A DNA stretch of 64,000 bases, from the NCBI RefSeq assembly GCF_963921235.1, contig NC_086118.1, positions 16,680,001-16,744,000 on the forward strand. Reading direction: 5' to 3'. The DNA is from Mobula hypostoma. Lineage: Eukaryota. Below are positions 1 through 12,632 of this stretch, one piece after another (within the stretch, counting starts at the first letter, position 1; each line of letters starts with the position of its first letter). The notes beneath the pieces are model-generated. The model was not told the DNA's origin, searched no databases, and saw only the letters and a list, made by a program, of their open reading frames with translations. Position numbers and translations under genes: made by a program.

Positions 1-59
1 ATGGATATTCCTCTGCAAATATAGGGAAATCATAAATAAAAGATTCATAAATATAACTG

Positions 60-408
60 TACCTGAACCACTAGTTTCAGGAACAGTTATTACCCTACAA
101 CCATCAGGCTCTTGAATCAGAGTGGATAATTTCACTCACCTCAACTCTGAACTGATTCCACAACCTATGGACTCACTTTCGAGGACTCTACAACTCACGT
201 TCTCAATATAATTTATTTGCTAATTTTTATTTTTATTTGCCTAGTTTGCCTTCTTTTGAACATTGGTTACTTATTAGTCTTTATAGCTTTCTAAATTGAT
301 TGTATTGTATTACTTTGCTTTCCTATGAATGTCTGTGAGAAAATCACTCTCAAGGTGACATATATGTACAGTATCTTAATAATCAAGTTACTTTGATCTT
401 TGAACTTT
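60..408 (+). mobile_element. 3' fragment of a Rex1/L2-like non-LTR retroelement
   Basis: Residual C-terminal FRNSYYPTTIRLLN, then a 3' UTR ending in (ctttga)-type tail repeats. Confidence 0.5.
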
Positions 409-1709
409 ACCTTCAGATAAAAAGTGATGAAATTTTATTAAGATTGCCAAACTATTGAACTACTTTATATATATTTTTGTATATCTATATAAACAAAATA
501 TTATAAAAATAAATATATATATTTAGATACTACATATTTCTGAAAATATGCATAAGATTAACAAATAATTTTAAATTACATGAAAATATCAAGAGTAAAT
601 AATTTGCTGTCCTTACCCAGTACAGCCTATGTGTGACTCCTAATATCAATATGATGCCTCTTCAGCTCAGGATAATTAGTTGGCAGAGACATGCGTGTCC
701 CATGAATTAATAACATAAGAACACTACATATTGTTCATGTACGTAGGAATCTGATCCATAAAATGCAAATTTTTTCTTTTTTTATTCATTTTTGTTTGCA
801 CTTTGCTCTGAATTATGCCTGTTAAATATTTTGCCTTTGATGGCTGCAATTTGAAAGACAAAGGAGCAATCCTAGACGCATATATTTAAAGAAAGTTTCA
901 ATTCCGTTGCTCTTATCAGCCTCTACAGAGTTTAACTACTATTTAAGCAGAGTTTTGCTCTACAGCTGACTGACAGTTCACTTAATCAAGTGACATGGTG
1001 ATAACTGCACATTGGAAAATAAAGCAGACCAGGCGGATAATGATTGAAAAGATGAAGTGTACTGTCAGAATTTATCTGTCACTAATCAAGCACTTTTATT
1101 ACGATGGAAGTCAGGGAACAAAGGGTGAAAGAGGGTAAAAAAAAGCAGCTAATGACTATTTGTTCAAAGAATAGAATCTGACCACTTTTGTTTTTCTTTT
1201 ACCTCTAGACCAGCATGTTTTAATTCAAGAAACACAGGAGTGCTTTGAACTATTGGTCTTAAAATTCAAAAAGTTGCCATAACCAAGGAAGGCCAGGATT
1301 AGAAACTGCTTCCATCTCTTTTCATATCCTGTTCTATGTTAAAAATATTGATGACCTATATATAGCGCTTGATTTTTTTTGAAGTTTTTATTTCTGGCTT
1401 TGTGCAGAGGCTGAGTTTGCAGTTCTATTCATGCTTAACAATCTCACTGCATTTTCAGTTACTAAAGCGACTTCTGTCAAAGAGGTGCATCATTTACAAA
1501 GTGCATCTAAATCGAATTTGCTAATAAAAATCTATGCACATTTAAAGTCATATTCCATAATTTACCATGGAGTACCAGGTCACCATTGTCATGTCACCAG
1601 CCATTGCAACCCAAATTCAAATTAGATTAGCCAACAGACTACACACAATTGGAAAGCCCCGTGGAATACTCCTGAAGCAATGAATGAAAATGTTTCACTA
1701 TCAGCTGAA

Positions 1710-2288
1710 ATTTCAAAGTAAAATTTATTATCACAGTCACCACGTACAACCCTGAAATTCCTTTTCCTGTGGGCATAGTCAAAATAGTAACTGTACACAG
1801 GATTAATGCACGAGTGAGAACGTCGAAGACAGCAAACTGTGCAAATGCAAATATAAATAAATAGCAGTAGCTAACAAGAGCAGGAAGTAACAAGATAAAG
1901 AGTCCTGAAAGTGAGATCATTGGTTGCTGGAACAGCTCAATAGTTATCCTCTTTCGTTCAACAGCCTGATGGTTGAGGAATAGTAATTGATCTTGAACCT
2001 GGTGGTGAGAGTCCTGAGGCACCTGTACCTTCTACCTGATGGCAGCAGCGAGAGAAGTGCATGGCCTGGGTGGTGAGGATCTTTGATGGATGCTGCTTTC
2101 CTATAGCAGCATTCCCTGTACTGTAGATGTGCTCAGTGGTTGGGTGGGGGCTTTCCCCATGATGTACTGGGCTGAATCCACTAACATTTGTAGGATTTTC
2201 TGTTCAAAGGCATTGGTGGTCCTATACCAGGTCATAATGCAGCCAGCCAGATAATACACTTTCCACTATACATCTATAGAAGTTTTAG
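1710..2288 (-). mobile_element. 3' fragment of a Rex1/L2-like non-LTR retroelement
   Basis: Minus strand shows degenerate IKDPHHPGHALLSLLPSGRRYR...TTRFK, with a tail ttcaaagtaaaatttatt (plus) at the left end. Confidence 0.6.
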
Positions 2289-3165
2289 AGGTGAAAAATA
2301 TAAACTGTTTCATGTAGGCGTTTATGGGAATTTCTCTGTAAATTTCAAGAGATTCAAGTCCTGCTTAAACATTAAATTTAACATTTTACCTTATCTCTCC
2401 TGAGGCCAACATATTCTGATAAAATACACACAGAAAAGAAATTCTGATTGCAATCGTCTGGGGGTGCATCAAAGAGATTGTTAATCAAAAATCTTTGATT
2501 TATATAAAATATGAAGGCCTTCTTTTGTGAAGATACACTTTCGTCTTGTAAGATCTAATTTATGCTTTGCAACTTCTAAATTGAAAGAAAACAAACTCAA
2601 CAGATGGTTATCATTATAGTAATTGCTTAGAAATTTGTAAAGCGGCATAAAGCAGATGTATTTTTACAAGCGATATGAAATGACAACAATAGGGGTGTAA
2701 TGAAGTAGAAAAATTGAATACCAAGAAATAATAGGTCCAAGCAGGAGGAAATAGATTCCAATTGGCTTCACTAGCACAGGGCTTCAGTGTAACACAAGCT
2801 TAGTGATAAATTTCAACTGAATTAGTGCAAGTTAATGTACTTCCCTGGCAAGTTTGCTTTTAAAGATAAATTTCTCAGTGTGAGTGACAGATTAAAACCT
2901 ACTTATTGTTCCCAGATCATGGATAGATTTGCATTCCTGCCTTTAGAAGTAGTGAAGTTTCAGAATGTTTTTATTTAATTTATTGAGATACTCAGATGCT
3001 TTGCGACTCTGAACTGGCAACCATCATTATAGCCTAAATGGGAAAGTAAAATAAATAGGAAATAATTGAAATGATGACAGGTGTAAAGTTGATGCAACAA
3101 GAGGAAGATAAGGATCTGATTAGTTGGCCTAATTCTTTTTGGGGATAAGGGCAACATTGATGATT

Positions 3166-3292
3166 TCACAAACACAAGAAATTCTGCAGGTGCTAGTAAT
3201 GCATAGCAACACACACAAAATGTGGGAGGAACTCAGCAAGTCAGTCAGCATTTATAGAGGCTGACGAGCCACGCCAAGACCTTTCATCAGTA
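3166..3292 (-). mobile_element. Degenerate Penelope terminal-repeat (pLTR) fragment
   Basis: Matches the acacacaaaatgctggaggaactcagca...gacccttcatcag family seen at 22193-22293 and 60239-60340. Confidence 0.55.
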
Positions 3293-4110
3293 ACATAGAA
3301 CATAGAATAGTATGGCAAAGGAACTGGCCCTTTGGCCTGCAATGTTGTGCCAAGCCAATTAAATTAGTAATTAAATGGCCAACTAAACTAATCCCTTCTG
3401 CCTACACAATGTCCATATCCTTCCATTTTCCTCATATTCACGTGCCTATCTAAACTTCCCGAATGTATCTGCCTCTACCACCAACCCAAGCAATGCATTT
3501 CAGGCACCCACAACTCTCTGTGTAATAAAACTTGCCCCTCACATCTCCTTTGAAATTACTCCCTCTCACCTCAAATGCATGCCCTCTCGTATTAAACATT
3601 TCAAACCAGGGAAAAAAGATACTGTCTGTCTACTCCAACTATGCTTCTCATAATCTCACTGTACAAACCTCTATCAGATCTCCCCTCAGCCCCCGCTACT
3701 GCAGAATAAACAACCCAGGTTTGTCCAAACTCTTGTTATAGCACATGACTTCTAACCCAGGCAGCATCCTGGTAAACCTTCTGCACTCTCTCCAAAGCCT
3801 CAACATCCTTCCTACATGGAGCGGCCAGAACTTCAAAATAATACTCCAGATGTGGTCTAACTAGAGATTTATAAAGTTGCAATATAACTTCCAACTTTTG
3901 AACTCAATGCCTCGATGAATACAGGCAAGCGTACCATATGCCTTTTAACCACACCATCAACCTATGTTGTCTCTTTCAGAGAGTGATGAACTTGGACCCC
4001 AAGATCCCTCTGAACATCAGCACTATTAATAGTATTTCCCTTAACAGTGTACTGTCTCTTTGCATCTGACCAACCAAGATACAATACTTCAAATTTAGCA
4101 GGGTTAAACA
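3293..4110 (-). mobile_element. CR1 LINE 3' fragment
   Basis: (aacatag)-type tail at 3293 and degenerate CR1 RT C-terminus similar to 21203-22130. Confidence 0.7.
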
Positions 4111-4112
4111 AT

Positions 4113-4235
4113 ACAGTCAATGGCCACTTTATTAGATACAGCTGTACACCTGCTTGTTAATGCAAGTATCTAATCAACCAATCATGTGGCAGGAACTCAT
4201 GCATAAAAGCATGTAGACATGGTCAAGAAGTTCAG
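4113..4235 (+). mobile_element. 5' end fragment of the non-autonomous Tc1-like element
   Basis: tggccacttt attagatacagctgtacacctgc matches the start of the 26463 element. Confidence 0.6.
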
Positions 4236-5524
4236 GAAAATTAATTGTGAGTTTCCATCCTTCCACATAATTCAATCAGAAGTTTTGTACAAACTGCACC
4301 ATGGGCAGTGATCTCATGTCACTCATGAAATACAGGTGAAGACCTGAATCCCAATTTTCCTGCAGGTTTTGGCTAATGTAGACCAGCAAGGTATGGAAAA
4401 TTAACTGGAACCCAATTAGCTAGATTCAAAGAACCAAAGTACATTTATTATCGAACGATGTATAAATTATACATCCTTGAGATTTGTCTGTTTACAGGCA
4501 GCCACAAAGCAAAAATCCTGAAAGAACCCAATTAAAATAAGAACGCCAAAAATAAAAGACCAATCCCAATATACATAGAGAAAAAAACCCCACAAATTAT
4601 GCAAACAATAGAAGCGAACAACAACAATTAACATTCCAAATCAAATTGAATCCTTAGATCCAAATCCCTGGAGCAGCCCAGAGTAGGCCCAAAGCCTTGG
4701 TACTCATTTCATAATATTAGTGGAGCACATCACTGCAAAGTTCGCAGACACGAAGCACAGCAGTCAGGGACAGTCTCACAACCTCAGCTGCATAGAGAGA
4801 GGAACAAACATTGCCGCAGAGTGAGTGAAATCAGTCCAACTCTCGATGCCCTGCCTTTCCAGTCCATCTGGCCCCGTGTTTAAGTTGTCCAAACAGCGGA
4901 TCATGCCTCATATTAAGCCCCAGGCTCCACTTCAGCAAATCGGCCTGGGCTTAGAACACGCCGCCCAGTGATTCGCTTTGGGCCTAGATTTCACTGCTGA
5001 GGAAGTCGTTCTCAGCCTCTCCAAATCAGCTTGTCTGATTCCAGTTAATTGCTAGCTGTTCTTGGAATTTACAGCAGAATTAACCAGCTTAGTCAAACTG
5101 TGCCACACTAGTGATGTAGCTATTTGTATAATAGTTTCCCTTCAATGCTGCATGCACAGTTGTGCCCAGGATTCACAGAGTGAAACAGAATAGAAGATCA
5201 GTTCATCTTTTCTATGTCTCTTCTTTAAAAGATGTATCTAGTCAACGCCATTCCCCTGCTATGCCTCAACAGTACTATCGTTATTCTTAATTTGAAGAGT
5301 TATACAATTCTCTTTTGAAAATTGCATCTTTCAGGCAAAACAACCTGCTCTGTAAAGAAAGCCCTCTTCATCTTCGTAGCATTTATTGCCCGTCCTTAAC
5401 TGGAATTGAGGAGACTTGCTGCAGCACTGCAGATATTTTTGAAAAGGGTGCTGCGTGATTTAGAACCAAGGAATATGAAGAAATTTGGGATATGAAAAAG
5501 GATCTAGTGTTTTCCCAGTGTATA

Positions 5525-6591
5525 TGATGAATAAACTCTTCTCAGGCTTCCAGCCACTTACAGGTATTGATTATAACTGATATTTTGATGACAGGCTCTG
5601 TCATCTGCTTCATGATCACACCTGGGCATGTCTAGTCTGGTGTTAATATACCTCCATATCCATCCCTCCTGATTGGTTAGTCCTCATCGAATCGGGTTTC
5701 CGCTCTTCCACTTTGTTTACAATCGAATTCCAGTTCTTACTTAGAGCAAAACTTTCATCTTTGTTAAAATCCTTTTCCTCTAGTTTTATTTCAATGGCTT
5801 CCTTTATCAGGCAGTCCCAATACAATGGCTATTGCAAATGCAGTGTTCTGTTACCACCAGTTCCTCTGGGTCACCCACACAGATACACCTCCTGTACTTC
5901 CTGATGCAGGTTTCCTCTGGGCGTCCCATATGGCCGACATATGCTGCTCCACATTCACAGGGAATCCTGTAAATGCCAGCTGTCCTGAGTCCCAGCTCAT
6001 CTTTGACCCGCAAAACCTGTGACCTGAGCTTCCTTATGGGTTTGTGAATGGTATTAATCCGGTATTTCTTCAGAATCCTAGTGATTCTTCCCGAAACCAT
6101 GGAAATATTGGGAAGTCAGGCAATAGCGATGGGTTCCTCCTCATTGTTAGGTATCCTGGTTTTTCTGTCAGCCCTTTTAAGGGTCCAATTGATTTGCTTC
6201 TCCTTGTAGCCATTCTGTAGGAACATCGTGCATAATCATCTTATTTCCTCAGTGAGACTCTCCAGGTCTGAAATAGTTTTTGCACGGTTAATCAAAGTAG
6301 GAAGAACTGCTCTATGTTGGGAGGTGTAATGGTGGCTGTTATTGTTGAAGTATAAGTCTGTGTGAGTGGGTTTCAGATAGACACCATGTCCGAGGCTACA
6401 GTCCAGGATTAGAATGTCCAGGAATGAGAGGCAACCATTCTTCTCTATCTCCATTGTAAGTTGAATGTATAAATACCACCGGACTAGACATACCCAGGCA
6501 TCATCCCTGAAGATGGTGGAGTTTGTCTTCATAACATCAGTTATAATCAATACTTGTACCAGGCTGGAAGTCGAGAAGAGTTTATTCATCA
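5525..6591 (-). mobile_element. Penelope-like element (family 2), 5'-truncated, with inverted ~125-bp terminal repeats
   Basis: RT C-terminus QLTMEIEKNGCLSFLDILI...VYLKPTHTDLY (ORF 6236-6616) and GIY-YIG AGIYRIPCECGAAYVG (ORF 5807-6100). 5525-5650 is the diverged reverse complement of 6470-6591. Confidence 0.85.
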
Positions 6592-7570
6592 AATTTGGGA
6601 TATATTTCCCCATCATTGTGATTTAATACTTGGTGAGGAGCCTGTGATGTGCCTATTGCTCGTGAATTCTTGCTGGCAGAGGCTGAGGGTTCAAGAGGTG
6701 CTGTCAAAGCAAAACTGATGAGTAATAGCGATGCATTTTGTGGGTGGTTCACACTGCAGCCGTGCTACACCAGTGCTGGAAGGAATGAGTGTTTACAGTA
6801 ATGTACTGTGTCCAGTCAGTTGGGCTGTTATTTTGTTCTCAATGGTGTGGGTTGTCAATAGAGCTGCAATCAATCAAGCATGCTTTCATCCTAACTTGTG
6901 AATTGGAGATGGTGGAAAGGCTTTGGGGAAGGAAGGAGATGAATTCTTGCTGCATAATATCCAACCACTGCTCTGTTCTTACAGCCATAATACATGCATG
7001 AAACTACTCACTCCCAGGATGTGTATGTTGGGTCAGAGCAATAGAAGTGCTGGTGCTTTTGCCCTGAAGAACTCCTTCAGCAACATTGATTGCACCAGTA
7101 ACATATAACTTCCTTAGCATTTTGAGGTGAGTTTGACTCTAACCAGTAAAGAGCTTTCTTCTTGTTCCCACTGGCTCCAGTGTTACTCGGGCTCCGTCAA
7201 GACCAGAGTCAGGACTGGTTGTGGTTTGTGCTTGTCATATCGTCAAGCACAAACAGCCAAGCACTCCAGGTGAACCAAAACTAAGCTGATGATTGAAAGT
7301 TGACAAACAGGACAATATTTAGCCGGGTTGGATTTGTTCTGATTTTAAAACCAGGGAAAATGCATGATACTAAAGGAAGCCTGTTCAATCTAAAATGGTT
7401 AGACAGATTGAGAAAATGCTGCACATCCTAATCCATCTTCCATCACCCGGTGCCCAGCTTCGTGGTTATGACTGTTCAAGCCACATCCAGGTAACTCTAA
7501 AGATGGACAGGGCTTCTGCCCCTACCTTCCTTTCAGGCAGTGACTTCCAGGTTCTTAACTCTCTCTAGAT

Positions 7571-7637
7571 CAGGGGTTCCATGGATTCCTCGGTTAATGG
7601 TAAGGATTCATGGCATAAGTAAGGCTGGGAACCCCTG
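7571..7637. mobile_element. 67-bp hAT (Buster/Charlie-type) MITE
   Basis: TIRs CAGGGGTTCC...GGAACCCCTG and a perfect 8-bp TSD ctctagat (7563-7570, 7638-7645) with central TA. Confidence 0.85.
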
Positions 7638-9784
7638 CTCTAGATCAAACAAAGATATGTAGAAAACAGGAGCAGCAGTAAGCCATTCAGCACTTCCTCG
7701 GACTGCCTCAGTTTATATATCATCTGAAAGCTGACACCTTTGATATGCGACCTCAGCATGGTAATTATTTAGCCTAGGTGCTTACAATTCATTCTCTGCA
7801 GTCTACATTGAATGACTTGGAGGAGAGAGTATCATCAACTAGGCCAGAGGTAACCACGTAAAGAAATTGCTGTTTAATGCACAAATAAAAATAATTTGAA
7901 AGGCATAATCTTCCTGTCAGATCTGTGCTCTGTAAATGTGCAAAGTGTAGTTAAATCAAGATGTTGCTTTATAACCTGTTTCATAATCTGCACTAGTCCT
8001 TCACTCATTGCTGATTATCACACAACCAAAGCTTCATAGTGTTACTCTTAAAATGTGGAAGAAAACTCTTACTTTCAGTAGATTAGGCTATGGCCATCGC
8101 TGTCTGCACTGTTTGCTTTATTAGCAGATATCAAAATATTTACTTTGTTCCTTTTCTGAAAAAATATATTTAACAAGTTACTTAACAGGGCAATTTACCT
8201 CTAAATGCTCATTTTCAGATTATTTCATAATGCTGAGTACATCCCTGAAAAGACCAGTTCAGTTTTACTGCATACTTTCCCCAGCAAACACTAATCATTT
8301 GTGATCTCCAGCTGACAATGGAGTTCCACCAAGAACATTCCTGAAGGTATGCCCACACACATGTCTGAAGGGTGAAGAAAATTAAGTTATCCCTATTCTC
8401 CTTAAACAACATAGTTGAAACAACTTCATAGTATGTAACCAGAAAAGAGCAAGGGATTCTGTTCTATTAATGCACTGAAGCATCGACTAAAAAAGGAAAG
8501 TTACAACAGAGTATAAAGTATTTTTATATGGATTTAAAAATATTCAAATGTTCTAGTGTATACACCAACAGCTCAATTGTTAAAATGAAACAATATTCTT
8601 TACTAAGTTAGACCAACAAGGCACTGGATGCTTTCTTGAATTAGTCTGGGAGAATGCAGAAAATGAAAGGGGACAGATCAAATATGAGAGTTAATGTCCC
8701 TGCATATAATAGAGCAGGGGAAATAAATAACTGATTGCTCTAACGAATGTTACAAGAGGGCAGTCAAACAATCAAATACAGATAAATTCACTTGTTTTTA
8801 AAAAAAGTAAATTAATCCTACAAAGATCAAGTAATAATGTGCATTGTGAAATGGAAGAAATACAATATTGTGCTTGAAATGCAAGCCGAATAAGCATTTT
8901 TAATTGTCTGATCTCCATAAGAGCGCCAAAGCTTTATCCAAGTTCCAGCTTTGCACATATGGAACTGGTTGTGTTTCAGTTATTTTGGATTACAAGCCTG
9001 GAATGCATTTTAACATTGTGGCTGTTATATATAAATGCAAAGCCCACTTACATTGAAATAGGGGATTGGGAGATTATTAAAGAAAAGGCCAAAAGCTGTT
9101 GCCATGGCATAAGCAATCCAAATGAAGATATCCACTGGATAAAATTCAACTTTCCGTGAACTTACAACAGGGTTGGCAAACAATCGACTTTGACCTGTCG
9201 CTATTATTGCCGAATTATGCCATACCTCCTGATTAAGGAATCTTGTTCAACTCCTGCATAAACAGCGTGGCTACACCAAAAGCTACAGTCACATGACACA
9301 AACCTTAAAGAGGGGGACAGCCTTAAAATGGGAATCAGATAGTCACGATCAGTATTACAGAAACCACAATGCAGACAGCCAGGTTGAAAATGTCAGCATA
9401 GCATTGAAAGATCCCATTCCCAAAAGCAGTGAAATTCCTGCACTTCACTGTCTGTATCAAAGTGATACATTCAAGAATGGATGGGAAATAAAGGGATGTG
9501 AACAGGATTAGGGTTGTAATGGGAGACACTGGGGTCTTCAGATATCAATACGGAAACTTATTTACGGAGACATAGCGAACAATGTGTACTTTTCACCAGT
9601 CTTTGCAAAGAAAGATGTTGCTGGAGTCTCAGCCATGGAACATTTAATTGAGATTCTGGAAGGGCCCTGATACCCAAAAAACTAGCTTCATCTAAAATGG
9701 ATAAACTACCTGGCCCAGGTGGGATGAAGAAAGAGGAGATTGCAGGGTTCCTGGGCGTAGTGCTTCAAGTACCTATTAATTCAG

Positions 9785-10075
9785 TAACACACACAAAACG
9801 CTGGAGGAACTCGGCAGGTCAGGCAGGATCTTTGGAGGGGAATATGTGGTTGACATTTTGGGTCAGACCCTTCACCAGGACTGGAAAGAAAGGGGCAGAG
9901 ACCAGAATTAGAAGACGGGGGTGGGTGGGTGAGGAGTACAAGCTGGAAGGTGATAGGTGAGACCAGGTGAGGGGGAATGTAGGCGAATGGGGGGAGTGGG
10001 GGATGATGTGTGAGGCTGGGAAGGTGGAAGAGATAAAGGACTGAAGAAGCGGTGATCTATTAGGAAGTAAAGGGC
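9785..10075 (-). mobile_element. Penelope family-1 3' fragment (pLTR plus purine-rich tract)
   Basis: acacacaaaacgctggaggaactcggcagg...cagacccttcaccaggactgg followed by a G/A-rich tract, as at 60239-60620. Confidence 0.7.
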
Positions 10076-11335
10076 AATCGGGACACTCAGAAGCAAGGCA
10101 TGTAGGTAAAGGATTACAGACCAAATTTAATAAATGAATTACTTTTTATGAGCATTTAATCTTCAGTGCCTCAAAATTGGTTGCAATGATCACATAATCA
10201 CCTCAGCTCTTGCTAACCCACTTTTCTCTTAGAGCAACACTTGGGTGTGAACCGGAATCCCTGAAGTTATTTCAGGCTGCATATTGGAACACAGCCCGGG
10301 AGCTTTGCCGGCTGGAGAGGAGGAGCGAGCACTCCGGTCATTGCTGCTGTCATCGGGCTGGCAAGGAGTTACAGGACATCCTCTTGGTTCAGCGTTACTT
10401 TAAAGTGTGATAAGTTCTTTGAGCATTTAATTAGGTTGGCCCTTGGAAAGCATGATCGTAACTTGGCTTTTAATCTGATTCTGAATCTGCTGCAAATAGC
10501 ACTTTGTAATGAACACAGTGAGAACTTCAGCATTAAATAGAGAGGCAATTGTTATTGCAAAAGATATATAATGCTTTGGAATAATCCAAGGTTGTGGAAG
10601 ATTCTTTTCAAATTCAAATCTGTCCTCTTACAGCACCAGACAGCCAAGACTTAATTTTGATGTAGGTACTTTATAGTTGTTGAAAAGCAATGTGACGCTT
10701 CTGTATTTGGGATATCATGAGAAATCTGGACTGAAGAAATAGTGTTATTTTCGGATCTGGTCCACATGTTATTGCCATTTACTACTGTAGGATAGTGTTA
10801 GCTAGTATGATTCAGGAAGAGAAAACACTTCAAGACATGTTTGCCAGCACTTCACCACAACAGTAATGTTTTACATCCATCATACAACATTTCACTGCTC
10901 ATCGCTAAATCTGAAAATTCCCATAACAATTGAAGAACTGATTCTGCCAGCAGTAAAGGAGGTTCTGAGTATGGTTTGGCTTAAGTCACCAGACCAAATA
11001 ATTAAAGCAATTCTGCCCAGCAACAGTTCTGATCAATGGTGAATACATGAAAGATCTGAGAATTTGGAAGACACATTGTGCTCTGCAGTTGAACATGTCA
11101 ATTTTGCCACAAGAAATCTTTGCTTCTTGGTTATGTTTGATTTATAACGGCTGAAATTATGGTTCAAGAATTGTTATTTGCAAGGGAACTAGAAAGAGAT
11201 ATGAAAGGGGAGTCAATATATTGGGTTGTTGAGCAATTTTTTAAAGACAAGGACAATTTGCTCACCAACATTGTTGCAACAGATGGGGCACCATCAATGA
11301 CAGGACACCACTGTGGGAGTATTACTTCCTTGAAA

Positions 11336-11927
11336 GGAAGATTCGGCTTTCAAGAAAGGTTTATTAAAGTAATTCAGACTCTGTATGACAGCCCAACAGC
11401 CTGAATTAAGATAAATGGGGACCTCTCTGACTCCTTCATTTTAGAGAGAGGCACTAGACAGGGATGCCCAATTTCTCCTCTCCTTTTTGCGCTATATATT
11501 GAACCACTTGCCCAACTAATAAGACAGAGCGAAATCGTAAAAGGTATCAAGGTGGCAGGGATTGAACAGAAAGTGGCGTTATTCGCAGATGATGTTTTGG
11601 TCTATCTGAGTGAACCAGAAAAATCATTTATAGGATTGTTTACACTGTTGGATGACTTTGGGAAAATATCAGGTTATAAAATAAATGTAAAGAAAACGCA
11701 GGTTATGTCCCTAAATTATACACCATCCAAAAAATTGCAGGATACATACGATCTTAAGTGGGAAGCTAAATCATTAAAATATTTAGGAATAACCCTGCCG
11801 AAGGATCTTTCAACACTGTCACAGGTAAATTATGGGCCATTAATCTCAGAGATAAAAGCAGATATGCATAGATGGAATCTTATCCCCTTTTTAAGTTTAA
11901 ATTCAAGGATAAATACTATAAAAATGA
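11336..11927 (+). mobile_element. Internal L1/Tx1-clade RT fragment inserted in the hAT
   Basis: [50 protein letters not shown]; ends in an A-run at ~11927-11935. Confidence 0.9.
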
Positions 11928-12046
11928 AAAAAAAAGAGCTCACCTAACGCATTTACTATTCACTGTGTAATTCACAAACAGCATCTTGTCACAGAAAAAA
12001 ATTAGGTGATCAACTGCACAAATCATTAAGTACTGTTATCACAGCA

Positions 12047-12260
12047 GGAGTTTATAGCCACGAGCGGCTATGGAGGCCAAGTCATAGGGTGTACTTAAGG
12101 CAGAGATAGACAGATTTTTAATTAGCCAGGGCATCAAAGGGTATGGATTGAAGACAGGCGAGTGGGGATGACTGGAAGAATTGGATCAGCCCATGATTGA
12201 ATGGCGGAGCAGACTCGATGGGCCAAATGGCCTACTCCTGCTCCTATATCTTATGGTCTT
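12047..12260 (+). mobile_element. Short CR1 3' end inserted in the hAT
   Basis: gaatggcggagcagactcgatgggccaaatggcctactcctgctcctatatcttatggtctt tail; interrupts the hAT TVITA|VNKIKS segment. Confidence 0.8.
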
Positions 12261-12632
12261 AAATAAAATCAAGTCCCATGCTCTAAGTTCTCCACTACTT
12301 TGAATCAAAAATGATGTATAGTTTGAATGCTTGCTGTTACACACAGAAGTCAGATGGCTCTCAAAAAGAAACAGCCTGAGATATTTTTATGCACTTTTTG
12401 AAACTGATAAAATTCTCTCAAGTCTGAAATGCTTCATTCAGGAATCAACTCAAGAATATGCGGCATGACATTGCTTACTTATCAGAATTATTTGCAAGGT
12501 TTAACGGAATCAATCTTCAATTGCAAGAAAATAATGTGAATCTTATCAATGTTAAATCAGTTGAATCCACATTTCTGTCCAAGTTAACCCTAATTCAGTG
12601 CAATATTGGCTGTTGCAACCTTTCCTGATTTC

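Noticed and set aside
6620..7360. Probable ancient LINE remnants (also 34570-35200 and 44540-45330)
   Set aside because: They look repeat-derived but are too degenerate to classify by eye.
10810..12630. Domesticated ZBED5/ZBED8/SCAND3-like host gene
   Set aside because: Many stops, frameshifts and TE interruptions; this is a dead transposon.
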